Origin: Candidatus Hydrogenedentota bacterium
GTDB taxonomy: Bacteria; UBA8481; J006
Assembly: GCA_003697085.1 (NCBI GenBank)
Contig: RFFU01000074.1
Span: 82,600-146,599 of the forward strand
Length of the DNA stretch: 64,000 nt
Reading direction: 5' to 3'
Part shown: positions 8,711 through 17,996 of the stretch, one piece after another
Layout: the number at the start of each line of letters is the position of its first letter
Numbering within the stretch: the stretch's first letter is position 1
Notes under the pieces: generated by a model
Told to the model about the DNA's origin: nothing
Database searches by the model: none
The model's input: only the letters and a program-made list of their open reading frames with translations
Translations under genes and position numbers: made by a program

Positions 8711-11254
8711 ATGGAACGGGACGGAATTAAGCGGAAACGTCGGTGGCGTGGAGTCGGTCGAACGAAAGGCGCGGGTTTGTGTACCATCGGGGATTCCACC
8801 GGGGTTTCGGCCTTGATTGTCTGTTTTCTGTTTGCGTTGAGTTTCCGGGCGTGCGCCCCCTTGTCGGCGAAGACCGAGGGAACAGCCGTGCCGGATTCCG
8901 GTTCGGCCGCCGCGCCTTCCAAAGAGGCGGGTCTTTCGTCCGCTGCGGGTTCCTTCTTCGGATGGATTCCCGTGCAATACGCGACGGCGGGGGTCGAGTC
9001 ATCGTTGGACTTGAAGCGGTTCCTTGCGGTCGGCTCGCAGGGAAGCCTTCGTGTAGAAAATGGTCCGGACTACAGAGCCTCGATCGATACGATGAACGGG
9101 GTTCTTCATCTTACTCCTTCGAAATACCGGCAGGGATTGCTCGAGATTCCGCTGATTTTCGAGAATGGCGGAGAAGAGAAGCGGACGGTAATCGAGTTTG
9201 TGGTGGTGCGCCGGGCCGCACACCGTTTTCGGTATGAACCGGGGCATAAGATTGATCGGGCCGTGGTGGCGGGTTCCTTCAACGGTTGGAATCAGGGGGC
9301 GACGGTCCTGGAGGATCCGGACGGAGACGGTATTTACGAAGCCGTGGTCTTTCTGGATCCGGGAACGTACCCGTACAAGTTTGTTGTCGATGGAAAATGG
9401 ATCCCGGACCCACGGAATCCCGACAAAGTCCCCGATGGTTTTGGAGGGTTCAACTCGGTTTTTACAGTAAAAGGCGGTCCCGCGGGCCCGCCGCCTTCCC
9501 TCTTTGCAGCCTTCAGGAACGAGAACGAGGTGGCGGTTCGTCTGATTCCCGGAAGCAGTCCTGTCACGGATGTCTCGGTCGTCGAGGAGGGACGAGAGGG
9601 GACGGTACGGAGGATCGATTTTGAACGCGTGGAGCAGGGAATTCGCATTCCACTCGAGAACCTCGACACCGCTTCCTGGGTGCGTGTCACGGCCGTTGAT
9701 GCGGCGGGACGGGTCGGGAACGTCGTTCGATTTCCCGTAACGGACTCTCCGCGTTTCGAATGGAAGGACGCAATCGTTTATTTTGCTTTCACCGATCGTT
9801 TTTCGAACGGCAAGAAGGAGAACGATCGGCCCGTGCCCGATTCGAGGGTCCTTCCGCCGGCCAATTTTCACGGTGGCGATTTCGAGGGGATCCGGCGGAA
9901 GATCGAGGAGGGATATTTCGATGAACTCGGAATCAATACGCTCTGGATCTCGCCGGTCAATCGCAATCCTGACGGCGCTTATCGAGAATACTTGGCACCG
10001 TACCGGTATTACACCGGTTACCATGGTTATTGGCCGGTTTCGCCGACGGAGGTCGATCCCCGTTTCGGCACTCTCGAGGAACTGCGCTCGCTCGTTGAAA
10101 CCGCTCATCGGCATGGAATCAGGGTCATCGCTGACCTGGTCCTCAATCACGTTCACAAGGAGCATCCGTGGTGGAAGAAGCATCGGGACTGGTTCGGAAG
10201 ATTGGAACTACCGGACGGGACACGGAACTTGCGCCGTTTTGACGAATACCCCTTTACGACATGGTTCGAGCCTTTCCTGCCGTCGTTCGATTTCGGAAAT
10301 CCCAATGCGGTCGCGGCTCTTCTCCGAAATACCCGTTACTGGCTGGAGGAAACGGATCTCGACGGCTTTCGACTCGATGCGGTGAAGCATATTCCGCGGG
10401 AGTTCTGGAACAGGTTTCGGGAGTATCTCCGCGCAACGGTGGAACGGCCGCGCGGGCGAAGACTCTTTCTTATCGGAGAGACCTTCCTGGATCGAGCGGG
10501 AATCGCCTCGTACGTCGGACCAAACCGGCTCGACGGTCAGTTCGACTTTCCGCTCTATGACGCTTTGGTTTCGACCTTCGCGATGCGAAAGACGGGGTTC
10601 AATCATCTGGAGAAGGCGTTGGAAGAGTCGGAACGCGTGTACGGGAAGGAGAGCACGATGGCTCCGCTTCTGGGCAACCACGACAAGGCGCGTTTTATGG
10701 CTTATGCCGACGGAGACCTGCCCGACCCGACGGAGTCGGACGAAGAGGAGGTGGGCTGGAAACGGCCGCCTCGGGTCGATCACGATACGGCTTACGGGCG
10801 GTTGAAGCAGGCCTTCGTCTTCTTGATGTCGATCGACGGGGCGCCGACGATCTATTACGGTGACGAGATCGGGATGACCGGCGCGGGAGACCCGGACAAC
10901 CGGCGGGATATGAGGTTTGGTTCCGCGGTGAAGCCGGAGGAAGAGGGTGTGAAAGAGACGGTTGCGTCTGTGGCGCGGGCGCGCCGAAAACATCCAGCCT
11001 TGCGTTACGGAAGTCGCCGGCCGATCATGGTGACGAAGGATTTCTATGCATTCGTGCGCGCGTGGTTCGAGGATCGGGCCTTGGCAGCCTTTAATCGAAC
11101 GGAGAAACCCGAGACGATCTCGGTGGAGAACGTTCCGGAGTTGCCGAACGGGGTTTACCGTGATGCGGTTTCGGGGCGCGTGGTGGAGCTGAAGGAAGGG
11201 GGCCGTTTTGTCGAGGTTCCTGCCGGTTCCGCCGTCCTTCTGGTTCGGGAATGA
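8711..11254 (+). CDS. secreted GH13-family alpha-amylase/pullulanase-like glycoside hydrolase with an N-terminal CBM48-like module
   Basis: GH13 conserved regions are GIRVIADLVLNHV, GFRLDAVKHI, LIGETF and LLGNHDKARF, plus IYYGDEIGM. An upstream CBM48/AMPK-beta-like block reads VAGSFNGWN...DPDGDGIYEAVVFLDPGTYPYKFVVDGKWIPDP. The N-terminus is hydrophobic and signal-like. Confidence 0.85.
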   Translation: MERDGIKRKRRWRGVGRTKGAGLCTIGDSTGVSALIVCFLFALSFRACAPLSAKTEGTAVPDSGSAAAPSKEAGLSSAAGSFFGWIPVQYATAGVESSLDLKRFLAVGSQGSLRVENGPDYRASIDTMNGVLHLTPSKYRQGLLEIPLIFENGGEEKRTVIEFVVVRRAAHRFRYEPGHKIDRAVVAGSFNGWNQGATVLEDPDGDGIYEAVVFLDPGTYPYKFVVDGKWIPDPRNPDKVPDGFGGFNSVFTVKGGPAGPPPSLFAAFRNENEVAVRLIPGSSPVTDVSVVEEGREGTVRRIDFERVEQGIRIPLENLDTASWVRVTAVDAAGRVGNVVRFPVTDSPRFEWKDAIVYFAFTDRFSNGKKENDRPVPDSRVLPPANFHGGDFEGIRRKIEEGYFDELGINTLWISPVNRNPDGAYREYLAPYRYYTGYHGYWPVSPTEVDPRFGTLEELRSLVETAHRHGIRVIADLVLNHVHKEHPWWKKHRDWFGRLELPDGTRNLRRFDEYPFTTWFEPFLPSFDFGNPNAVAALLRNTRYWLEETDLDGFRLDAVKHIPREFWNRFREYLRATVERPRGRRLFLIGETFLDRAGIASYVGPNRLDGQFDFPLYDALVSTFAMRKTGFNHLEKALEESERVYGKESTMAPLLGNHDKARFMAYADGDLPDPTESDEEEVGWKRPPRVDHDTAYGRLKQAFVFLMSIDGAPTIYYGDEIGMTGAGDPDNRRDMRFGSAVKPEEEGVKETVASVARARRKHPALRYGSRRPIMVTKDFYAFVRAWFEDRALAAFNRTEKPETISVENVPELPNGVYRDAVSGRVVELKEGGRFVEVPAGSAVLLVRE

Positions 11255-11269
11255 TCCGCGGCGGGAGAA

Positions 11270-11289
11270 CGCGGATTCTCCGGTCCGCG
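11270..11289. repeat. copy 1 of a dispersed palindromic hairpin motif (CGCGGAYTCTCCRRTCYGCG)
   Basis: cgcggatt-ctcc-ggtccgcg, 8-bp arms allowing G-U pairs, 16 nt after the amylase stop codon. Confidence 0.45.
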
Positions 11290-11347
11290 AACCAAGGGGC
11301 TGCTCTTCGCAGGTTGAAGAACCTGCGCCCCATCTCCATTTCGGCAT

Positions 11348-11371
11348 GGAGCGCGGACTCTCCAGTCTGCG
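11348..11371. repeat. copy 2 of the palindromic hairpin motif, with a GGAG 5' extension
   Basis: ggag-cgcggact-ctcc-agtctgcg. The string is identical to the copy at 28470 except for one loop base. Confidence 0.5.
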
Positions 11372-11530
11372 AATTGCCGTTCCGCTCGTTCACCCCACCA
11401 TCGATGCTCTACTGATGGAGGTCCCGGCGGCATTGCCGGGGCAAGCAAGGAAGGGGCAAAGGCAACGAAAATTCTTTCCTGGGAACGCACTCCTGCCTGC
11501 CGTTAGGCAGGCATCTCGCCTGAAGTGAAG

Positions 11531-11550
11531 CGCGGACTCTCAATGACGCG
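11531..11550. repeat. degenerate copy 3 of the motif
   Basis: cgcggactctcaatgacgcg shares the left arm and CTC loop start. The right arm has diverged. Confidence 0.3.
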
Positions 11551-11714
11551 AACCAACGTCCGGCAACGCTGATTTTTCGGCATCGGAGAAATTCTCATCT
11601 TTGTTCAAGTTGGAAAGAAAGGATGTCGATAGAAGGAAGAGAGGGAGAGACCGGGCTCTTTCGAAGAAGGGACACGGTCGAACCTGACAAACGTTTGAGG
11701 AAGTAGGGCGAGGA

Positions 11715-12560
11715 ATGGATCGAGGGCTATACACCGGAGCGTTGGCGATGCTGGCGCGGGTGACGGATACAGACGTCATTTCGAACAATCTGGCGAATCT
11801 CAATACCGTCGGATACAAGAGGGACACGACCGTCTATCGCGACTTTCCCTCGATTCTGGCTCACCGACTCCACGACGAAAAATTCTACACGCCTTTGCAC
11901 ATCTTCGATCGAGCCCCGTTCGTCGGGAGAATGGGGACGGGGGTTCAGGTGGACGATATCGTGACCGAGCATGATATTTCTCCATCGCTACGCCAGACTG
12001 ATCAGCCGCTGGACATGGCTCTGGAAGGGATTCCGGGGGTCAAGAGATCCTATGCCTTCTTCGAGATTATGACGCCGCAGGGGCTGCGTTATACCCGTGC
12101 CGGAAATTTCACCGTCAATGCGGACGGATATTTGGTGACACAGGACGGGGCTCAAGTCTTGGGAGAGAAAGGCCCCATCCAGATCAATCTTCAAAACGTC
12201 CGTTTTCAGCCCGATGGAACGATTCTTTACAACGCCCAGTACAACGGAACCGGCGTGAATATGTGGGAACAGCCGCGGGAGCTGGACAAATTGCGGATCG
12301 TCTCGTTCGAGAACGTCGGAGGACTGGAAAAGGTCGGATACACCTTCTTCAAGGCCACGAAGGAGTCCGGGCCTCCGCAGACGGTGCTCTTCGGAGTGAA
12401 ACTGCGGACGGGAATGCTGGAGGTGTCGAACGTGAATCCGGTTCGTGAGATGGTGGACTTGATCAAGTCTCAGAGGGCCTATGAAGCGGCCTCGAAGGTC
12501 ATCACCACGCACGACAATCTCCTCGGCCAGGCGATCAACAACGTCGGTCGTGTGGGATGA
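11715..12560 (+). CDS. flgG: flagellar basal-body rod/hook family protein (FlgG/FlgF-like)
   Basis: The N-terminal block ISNNLANLNTVGYKR and the C-terminal block EMVDLIKSQRAYEAASKVITTHDNLLGQAIN are the conserved termini of flagellar rod/hook proteins. Length is 281 aa. Confidence 0.8.
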   Translation: MDRGLYTGALAMLARVTDTDVISNNLANLNTVGYKRDTTVYRDFPSILAHRLHDEKFYTPLHIFDRAPFVGRMGTGVQVDDIVTEHDISPSLRQTDQPLDMALEGIPGVKRSYAFFEIMTPQGLRYTRAGNFTVNADGYLVTQDGAQVLGEKGPIQINLQNVRFQPDGTILYNAQYNGTGVNMWEQPRELDKLRIVSFENVGGLEKVGYTFFKATKESGPPQTVLFGVKLRTGMLEVSNVNPVREMVDLIKSQRAYEAASKVITTHDNLLGQAINNVGRVG

Positions 12561-12762
12561 CATTACCGTACGCGATGACATTCTTTTTCTTTTTCTGACC
12601 GGGGCGATGCCGACGGCGGGCAAGGAACAACGACGCGAACGGAGATTGGAATAGAATCGGTAAACACGCTCGTGCGCCGTGCCGATGGTAGCCCGAAGGA
12701 GAGCCGGGAGGGGGGCGCGTGCCGGTTTTGACGGCGGCGCGAGAGTTTGGTAAATTGCCGTT

Positions 12763-13143
12763 ATGCGATTTCTTCACACAATGATTCGGGTGCGGAATCT
12801 CGAGGCCTCGATCGAGTTCTATCGCTTGCTGGGGCTGGAACTGCGTCGGAAGAATGATTATCCGGGCGGGAAATTCACGCTCGCTTTTCTCGCGGCTCCG
12901 GACGAAGGGGGCGAGATCGAATTGACGTACAATTGGGATCGCGAGGAACCCTACGAATTGGGTGATGCCTGGGGGCACCTTGCCTTCGCCGTCGACGACA
13001 TCTATGCCACCTGCGCCGCGTTGAAGGAAAAAGGAGTCGAGATTACGCGCGAACCGGGACCAATGAAGCACGGAACGACGGTCATCGCTTTCTTGAAGGA
13101 TCCCGATGGCCATACAATCGAACTGATCGAAAAGCGTGATTGA
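12763..13143 (+). CDS. gloA: lactoylglutathione lyase (glyoxalase I)
   Basis: 126 aa. MRFLHTMIRVRNLEASIEFY...GHLAFAVDDIYATCAALKEKGVEITREPGPMKHGTTVIAFLKDPDGHTIELIE is a typical GloA sequence. Confidence 0.9.
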   Translation: MRFLHTMIRVRNLEASIEFYRLLGLELRRKNDYPGGKFTLAFLAAPDEGGEIELTYNWDREEPYELGDAWGHLAFAVDDIYATCAALKEKGVEITREPGPMKHGTTVIAFLKDPDGHTIELIEKRD

Positions 13144-13185
13144 GGTGAACGAAAGCGAAACTGAGCGGGACGGATTTTTCGAGAG

Positions 13186-13509
13186 ATGAAAGTGAAGAGG
13201 AAGAAGGATTCGAGGATTTACCGTATTTCCTATTCGAAGGATGGCGAAACCACGTGTGAAATTCATGCGCGCAATGTAAGAACTTCCGAGATATTCGGGT
13301 TCGTCGAGATATCGGAATTCGTGCAACCGAAGAAGACCTCGATCATCATTCGCCCCGATTCAGCGCGCGTGGAGGAGGAATTCCGCGGGGTCTTTCGAAC
13401 CTTAATTCCGATTCGAGATATTCGTCGAATCGACGTGCTTTCGGAGGAGGAGTTCGAGGTGGAGGCGGGGCCGTTGAAGGTGGTGGAATTCCGCGCGCGC
13501 GGAGGCTGA
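13186..13509 (+). CDS. hypothetical protein
   Basis: 107-aa ORF with an ATG start and reasonable charged/hydrophobic composition. No family recognised. Confidence 0.45.
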   Translation: MKVKRKKDSRIYRISYSKDGETTCEIHARNVRTSEIFGFVEISEFVQPKKTSIIIRPDSARVEEEFRGVFRTLIPIRDIRRIDVLSEEEFEVEAGPLKVVEFRARGG

Positions 13510-13639
13510 GACGAAGATTCCTGGAACCAAAGAAGAACCGGGTTCGGAAACGGAAAAACGCGGTGGAGCGATTCTAGAGAAGGAGAAACGTAAGGGCCTC
13601 CTTGGCCGGGGGCGCCGCGCTTTTGGGTTCTGGGGAGCG

Positions 13640-14719
13640 GTGCTGTTGGGTCTGGAGATCGGCGTGCGGCTTGCGGCCTCGGTTTCACCGACGGGCCCCG
13701 GGTTTTTCTTGAAACCTTCTCCACCGACTCCCGGCCTTCTTCACGTGAAGGACCCGGATTTGGAGTACCTTTTGTCCCCGGAAAGGGACCGTTCCGGGGG
13801 ATACGGTTTCGAAACCGCTCCGTTGAGGATTCTTTGCATCGGCAATTCCAATGTGTGGGGACAATACGTCCGTGAGGAAGAGAGTTTCCCTTATCGGCTT
13901 TATCAGATGTTAAGGGAAAGCGGCGTTCAGGCCTTCGTCGTGAACGCGGGTGTTCCGGGACATCGAGCGCGGAATATCCGCCGTCATCTCGAATACGAGT
14001 GGAAGAAGCGTTCCTACAATGTCGTGGTCTTCACCGCGGGCTGGAATGATCTTCACGCATCTGTTCTCACACCACGACTTCGTGCTCTGACCGCTCACGG
14101 CCCCCCTCCGGGCTGGATGGGGCGGATTGGGATTCTGCGTTTGGCGGACGGTCTGCTCGAACGGCTTCTCCCTCATCTCCTTGCACCCGACCGCTGGGAC
14201 GAAACGGTGCTGGATGCGGCGATGCTTGAGATCGAGAAGATCGTTCGTTTTTCACGCAATCGCGGAGCCCTCGTCCTCGCGGTCGATCTCCCGTGCAGTC
14301 TGGCTCCGGACGGAGGGAGCGAAGTCCACGGGAGCGCGGAACCGGTGGTGTATCCTCCCGTCCGGCGCTTCAGCCCCGCCGCCTACCGACGACTTTTCGA
14401 GGCGTTATCGCGTCGTTACCGCGAAACCTTGGAGAGGATGGGAGTTCCGATCGTGAAAAGCGGTCTCGAGTACGAAGTTCCGTGGAAAGAGAAAAAATTC
14501 CTTATTTTTGATCAATGCCATCCGAGCCGCGAGGGACATCGGCGCATCGCGGAAGCGATTCAGAAGGCTCTTACGGCGGGAAGGAGCGAGGTTCAGGGAT
14601 TGATGCCGAGCGTCGAGAGAGTCCGCTCCCAGCATTTGTCGGGCGGCGTTCGGAAGACGAGGGACGGATCGACTTCCGCCAGGAACCAGAAGCCGCCCGC
14701 CAATTCCGCTTCCAACTGA
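13640..14719 (+). CDS. SGNH/GDSL-family hydrolase
   Basis: Block I ILCIGNSNVWG (the Ser nucleophile in a GNS context), block III GWNDL, and block V DQCHPSREGH. The start is GTG and uncertain. The C-terminal ~50 aa are low-complexity and overlap the next gene on the opposite strand. Confidence 0.65.
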   Translation: MLLGLEIGVRLAASVSPTGPGFFLKPSPPTPGLLHVKDPDLEYLLSPERDRSGGYGFETAPLRILCIGNSNVWGQYVREEESFPYRLYQMLRESGVQAFVVNAGVPGHRARNIRRHLEYEWKKRSYNVVVFTAGWNDLHASVLTPRLRALTAHGPPPGWMGRIGILRLADGLLERLLPHLLAPDRWDETVLDAAMLEIEKIVRFSRNRGALVLAVDLPCSLAPDGGSEVHGSAEPVVYPPVRRFSPAAYRRLFEALSRRYRETLERMGVPIVKSGLEYEVPWKEKKFLIFDQCHPSREGHRRIAEAIQKALTAGRSEVQGLMPSVERVRSQHLSGGVRKTRDGSTSARNQKPPANSASN

Positions 14720-15129
14720 CGCGGCGCCCAGCCGGCGTAACCGAGAAAGATACGGTAGGAGCCGGCGGGTTCGAGAAAGAAGGCACGGACCGCCGCTGCA
14801 TCCGAGGAGAAGAGGATTCCGTTACCCAAATCCTTCGTCACCCCGGCCCCTCGGGCTCCGTCGTGAAGGCACCATACCGTGTCCCGTGCCACGGGGCCGC
14901 CTTCCCAAGCGTGTTCCGGGGCCGTTCCGCCGCCCCACGAGAGGTTCAACTTGCGTGCCATCTCCTGAAGTGTGATCCGAAGAGGGCGATTGATGATCAA
15001 ACCGAAAGCGCCGTCCTCGTCATGATGAACGATCAACACCACGGTCTCGCGGAAGTTCGGATCGATCAGATTGGGATGCGCGACCAACGCCATTCCCGTG
15101 CACCGAATTTCTTTTTCCGGATCCTTCAT
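14593..15129 (-). CDS. YqgE/AlgH family protein (UPF0301)
   Basis: ALVAHPNLIDPNFRETVVLIVHHDEDGAFGLIINRP and GGFWFLAEVDPSLVF are hallmark blocks of the YqgE/AlgH family. Start is taken at the internal MKDPEKE. Confidence 0.8.
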   Translation of the reverse strand: MKDPEKEIRCTGMALVAHPNLIDPNFRETVVLIVHHDEDGAFGLIINRPLRITLQEMARKLNLSWGGGTAPEHAWEGGPVARDTVWCLHDGARGAGVTKDLGNGILFSSDAAAVRAFFLEPAGSYRIFLGYAGWAPRQLEAELAGGFWFLAEVDPSLVFRTPPDKCWERTLSTLGINP

Positions 15130-15431
15130 GGCAACCTCGATTATAACACAGTGTCGCAAGGGAACGGAAGACGACGATCGTTTTTTGTAGGTGAAAAAGA
15201 TGAGCCTCGGTAAAATACGTTTCGCCTTCGCTTTCGTTCTTCGCTTCTCGTTTTTCGTCCGCCGCCAAATCCCAAAGAATGAACGTCAAGCGGAAGACGG
15301 CGGCGGTGGCGGCGGTTTCTCATCTCCGTTTGGTCTGTGTCGTTTTTTCTAGGCCGTTCGCGCAAGTCTGGTTAGGATGTCTCGAAACTGTCAAATTGGA
15401 AGAATGACACCTTTTTTGGAAGGGAAGGCGG

Positions 15432-15977
15432 ATGCGACGATTTCAACCGGTGGAGAGACGACATGCCTTGAGATTGGTCAACCACGGGGCGGTGATAATG
15501 GTGTCCACTGGAACGGGTTCGGAGGTCGCCTTGATGCCGGCTGCGTGGAATACGCCGCTCAGCCACGATCCTCCGCTTTTCGGTGTCGCGATCGGCGCCG
15601 GAAGGAGTACGCTTGAGATCGTTCGAGAGTACGGCGAAATGGTTATCAATCTTCCGGGAAAGGAACTTTTGGGTGCTGTTATGTTGAGCGGGAAAACCTC
15701 GTCGCGTGCCGTGGACAAATTCAAGGCGGCGGGACTGACGCGGCGTCCGTCGAGGAAACTGAATTCCCCCGGCATCGAGGAAGCGCGGGCGCATCTGGAA
15801 TGCCGCGTCGTCCGGGAATGTCCTCTCGGCGATCACGTTCTGGTCGTGGGAGAGGTCGTCTTCGCGGACGCGCTCGAAGGAACTTTTGGCGAAACCTGGC
15901 TTTCCTCCCCGGAGGGGATTCATCATCTGGGCGGCGCGGCGGTCTGTTTCACGGGGGAGAGAATCGAGGTAAGATAG
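15432..15977 (+). CDS. flavin reductase-like domain protein (NAD(P)H-flavin oxidoreductase family)
   Basis: 181 aa. VSTGTGSEVALMPAAWNTPLSHDPPLFGVAIG and ECRVVRECPLGDHVLVVGEVV match the flavin reductase / RutF-like fold. Confidence 0.75.
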   Translation: MRRFQPVERRHALRLVNHGAVIMVSTGTGSEVALMPAAWNTPLSHDPPLFGVAIGAGRSTLEIVREYGEMVINLPGKELLGAVMLSGKTSSRAVDKFKAAGLTRRPSRKLNSPGIEEARAHLECRVVRECPLGDHVLVVGEVVFADALEGTFGETWLSSPEGIHHLGGAAVCFTGERIEVR

Positions 15978-15987
15978 CAGGGCGGGC

Positions 15988-16401
15988 GTGCGCCGAGGAG
16001 GAGCGAGGCGAAGGAAAGGGGTAGAACGAATGGCGGCTGATACTCCGATCACTTCGGCGGCGGCTTCGACGAATGTCGTTCCGGATGGATCTAGGCGCGA
16101 GCCGACCGCGGAAGAACGGAAGGAAACGAAAGAGGAACAGGAAGAGGAGGCAAAAACCTGGGATTGGGAGGATCTTCTCGAGGAGGTTCGAAAGGCCAAC
16201 GAGCATTATCAGATACGAAAGATTCCGATTCGCCTCTCGCTTCACCGTCATTTCGGAAAGATTTATCTTCAGGTCGTGGACGACCGTCCGGACCGTCCGG
16301 GCCCGCGAAGGCACTTTCGCGTCGTCGAGGAGAAGGATTTCGAAGGGCTCCTGCGTGATGTCGCCGAGACGCACGGCCTGATCTTCGATGCCAGCGGTTG
16401 A
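15988..16401 (+). CDS. hypothetical acidic protein, possibly FlaG-like
   Basis: The C-terminal half IRLSLHRHFGKIYLQVVDD...RHFRVVEEKDFEGLLRDVAETHGLIFD resembles the FlaG family pattern (L.F..h...g...V.V.D..T.EVIR.IP.EE.L). The likely start is the internal ATG at 16030. Confidence 0.4.
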   Translation: MRRGGARRRKGVERMAADTPITSAAASTNVVPDGSRREPTAEERKETKEEQEEEAKTWDWEDLLEEVRKANEHYQIRKIPIRLSLHRHFGKIYLQVVDDRPDRPGPRRHFRVVEEKDFEGLLRDVAETHGLIFDASG

Positions 16402-16617
16402 AGGCGGTTTTGAGAGCGCGGGCATCCGACCCGCAAGAAGATCCGCCCCCGACCCGGCTGTCCCTGGGAACGCGGCATCCCACCTGCGGAAGGGGAGCGC
16501 TGGTTTTCCAACTGTTGTAAGGCTTGCGGTTTCGCGGCGACGAATTCCGGTGAAGGCCGAGGGATCGGTGAGGTCATTCTTGAGGCTGTTTCGACGAGAA
16601 GAGATGAGGGTAGGAAC

Positions 16618-17736
16618 GTGGAAGCATTCGTGATGCTGTGTCTTTTCGGGATCGCCTTTTACAACGGGGCGAATGACAACTTCAAGGGGGGCGCGACGCT
16701 TTTGGGGTCGCGGACGGCCGATTACCCGACGGTTCTCGGTTGGGTGACCTTGACGACCTTCGCGGGATCGGTGACGGCGTTTTTTCTCTCGCGGGGACTC
16801 CTGAAGGCTTTCTCGGGAGCGGGGTTCGTTCCGGCCGACGTTCTTCACGAACCGGGGTTCCTTGCGGCGACGGCGTTCGGTGCGGTCGCTACCTTGCTTG
16901 TGGCGACGAAGGCCGGGCTTCCCGTTTCGACGACCCATGGTCTTATCGGGGCGCTCGTCGGTGCCGGATTTGCTTTTGCGGGAAATGGTCTGGCCGTGGG
17001 CCGAATACTTCAGAAATTCCTTCTTCCTCTTCTGATAAGTCCGCTCTTGGCCGTGGCCGGGGCTCTTCTCGTCTATCCGATTTTGCGGCGAGTAAGGGGT
17101 TTGTTGGGCGTTGAGCGGGAATCGTGTATCTGTGTCGAGGGGAGGATGATTCCGGTGGGCGCGCGTTCGTTTCCGGAAGGGGAGGCCGCCGCCGTCGCCG
17201 TCGAAGGGACGGTGGTGCCGGCGATTTCCGCTTCGCGATCCGGTTGCGTGGAGCGATATACCGGACGTATTCTCGGTGTCTCGGCGCAGGGGGTTCTCTC
17301 CGTGATGCATTTTCTTTCGGCGGGCGCGCTTTCGTTCGCCCGAGGGCTCAACGATACACCCAAGAACGCGGCTCTGTTGCTCTCTATGGCGGTTCTTCCC
17401 GCACAACAAAGCCATCTCACGGTCGGGCTGCTTATTGCTCTGGGAGGAATTGTTTCCCCCCGGCGTGTCGCGGAGACCGTCTCGTGGAGAATCACCGAAA
17501 TGAATCCTGGCCAGGGATTCACGGCGAACAGCATCGCCGCCTTTCTCGTGATCGTCGCCTCGCGATGGGGAGTTCCCGTCTCTACGACCCACGTTTCCTG
17601 CGGAGCGCTCTTCGGAATAGGTACCGTGACGGGCCGAGCCGAGTGGAAGACGATCCGGGCGATCTTGGGAGCCTGGATCGGAACGCTGCCTCTGGCTGCG
17701 GTTCTTTCCTTTCTCTTCGCGAGTGTTCTGGGGTAG
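16618..17736 (+). CDS. pit: inorganic phosphate transporter, PiT family
   Basis: The duplicated PiT signature appears as GANDNFKGGATLLG/GLPVSTTHGLIGALVGAG and GLNDTPKN/GVPVSTTHVSCGALFGIG. About 10 TM segments. Confidence 0.9.
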   Translation: MEAFVMLCLFGIAFYNGANDNFKGGATLLGSRTADYPTVLGWVTLTTFAGSVTAFFLSRGLLKAFSGAGFVPADVLHEPGFLAATAFGAVATLLVATKAGLPVSTTHGLIGALVGAGFAFAGNGLAVGRILQKFLLPLLISPLLAVAGALLVYPILRRVRGLLGVERESCICVEGRMIPVGARSFPEGEAAAVAVEGTVVPAISASRSGCVERYTGRILGVSAQGVLSVMHFLSAGALSFARGLNDTPKNAALLLSMAVLPAQQSHLTVGLLIALGGIVSPRRVAETVSWRITEMNPGQGFTANSIAAFLVIVASRWGVPVSTTHVSCGALFGIGTVTGRAEWKTIRAILGAWIGTLPLAAVLSFLFASVLG

Positions 17737-17996
17737 GCCGCGAGGGGCTGCCGCGGTGGGCGGGAAAGGAAGAGAAAGAAGCAGGCGATCCTTTTGGCGC
17801 GCGGTTGAGGCCTTCAAGGAATGAAAGGCCGCCGCGAAAACCTCTTCGACAATCTCGGGGGCGTTGACCCTGGGAGAATCCGAAAAAACGGCGGGACCCG
17901 AAAGACGGCGGGAACGTTCATTCCACGAAAGGTTGCGAATCGGGGAAGGGGAACGCAAATTCGGTTTTCGTTGCTTCCGGACGGCGGAACGGTTCT

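Noticed and set aside
8999-11347. 394-aa and 379-aa minus-strand ORFs antisense to the GH13 amylase gene
   Set aside because: GH13 conserved regions I-IV are clearly on the plus strand. The antisense products are Arg/Pro-rich junk.
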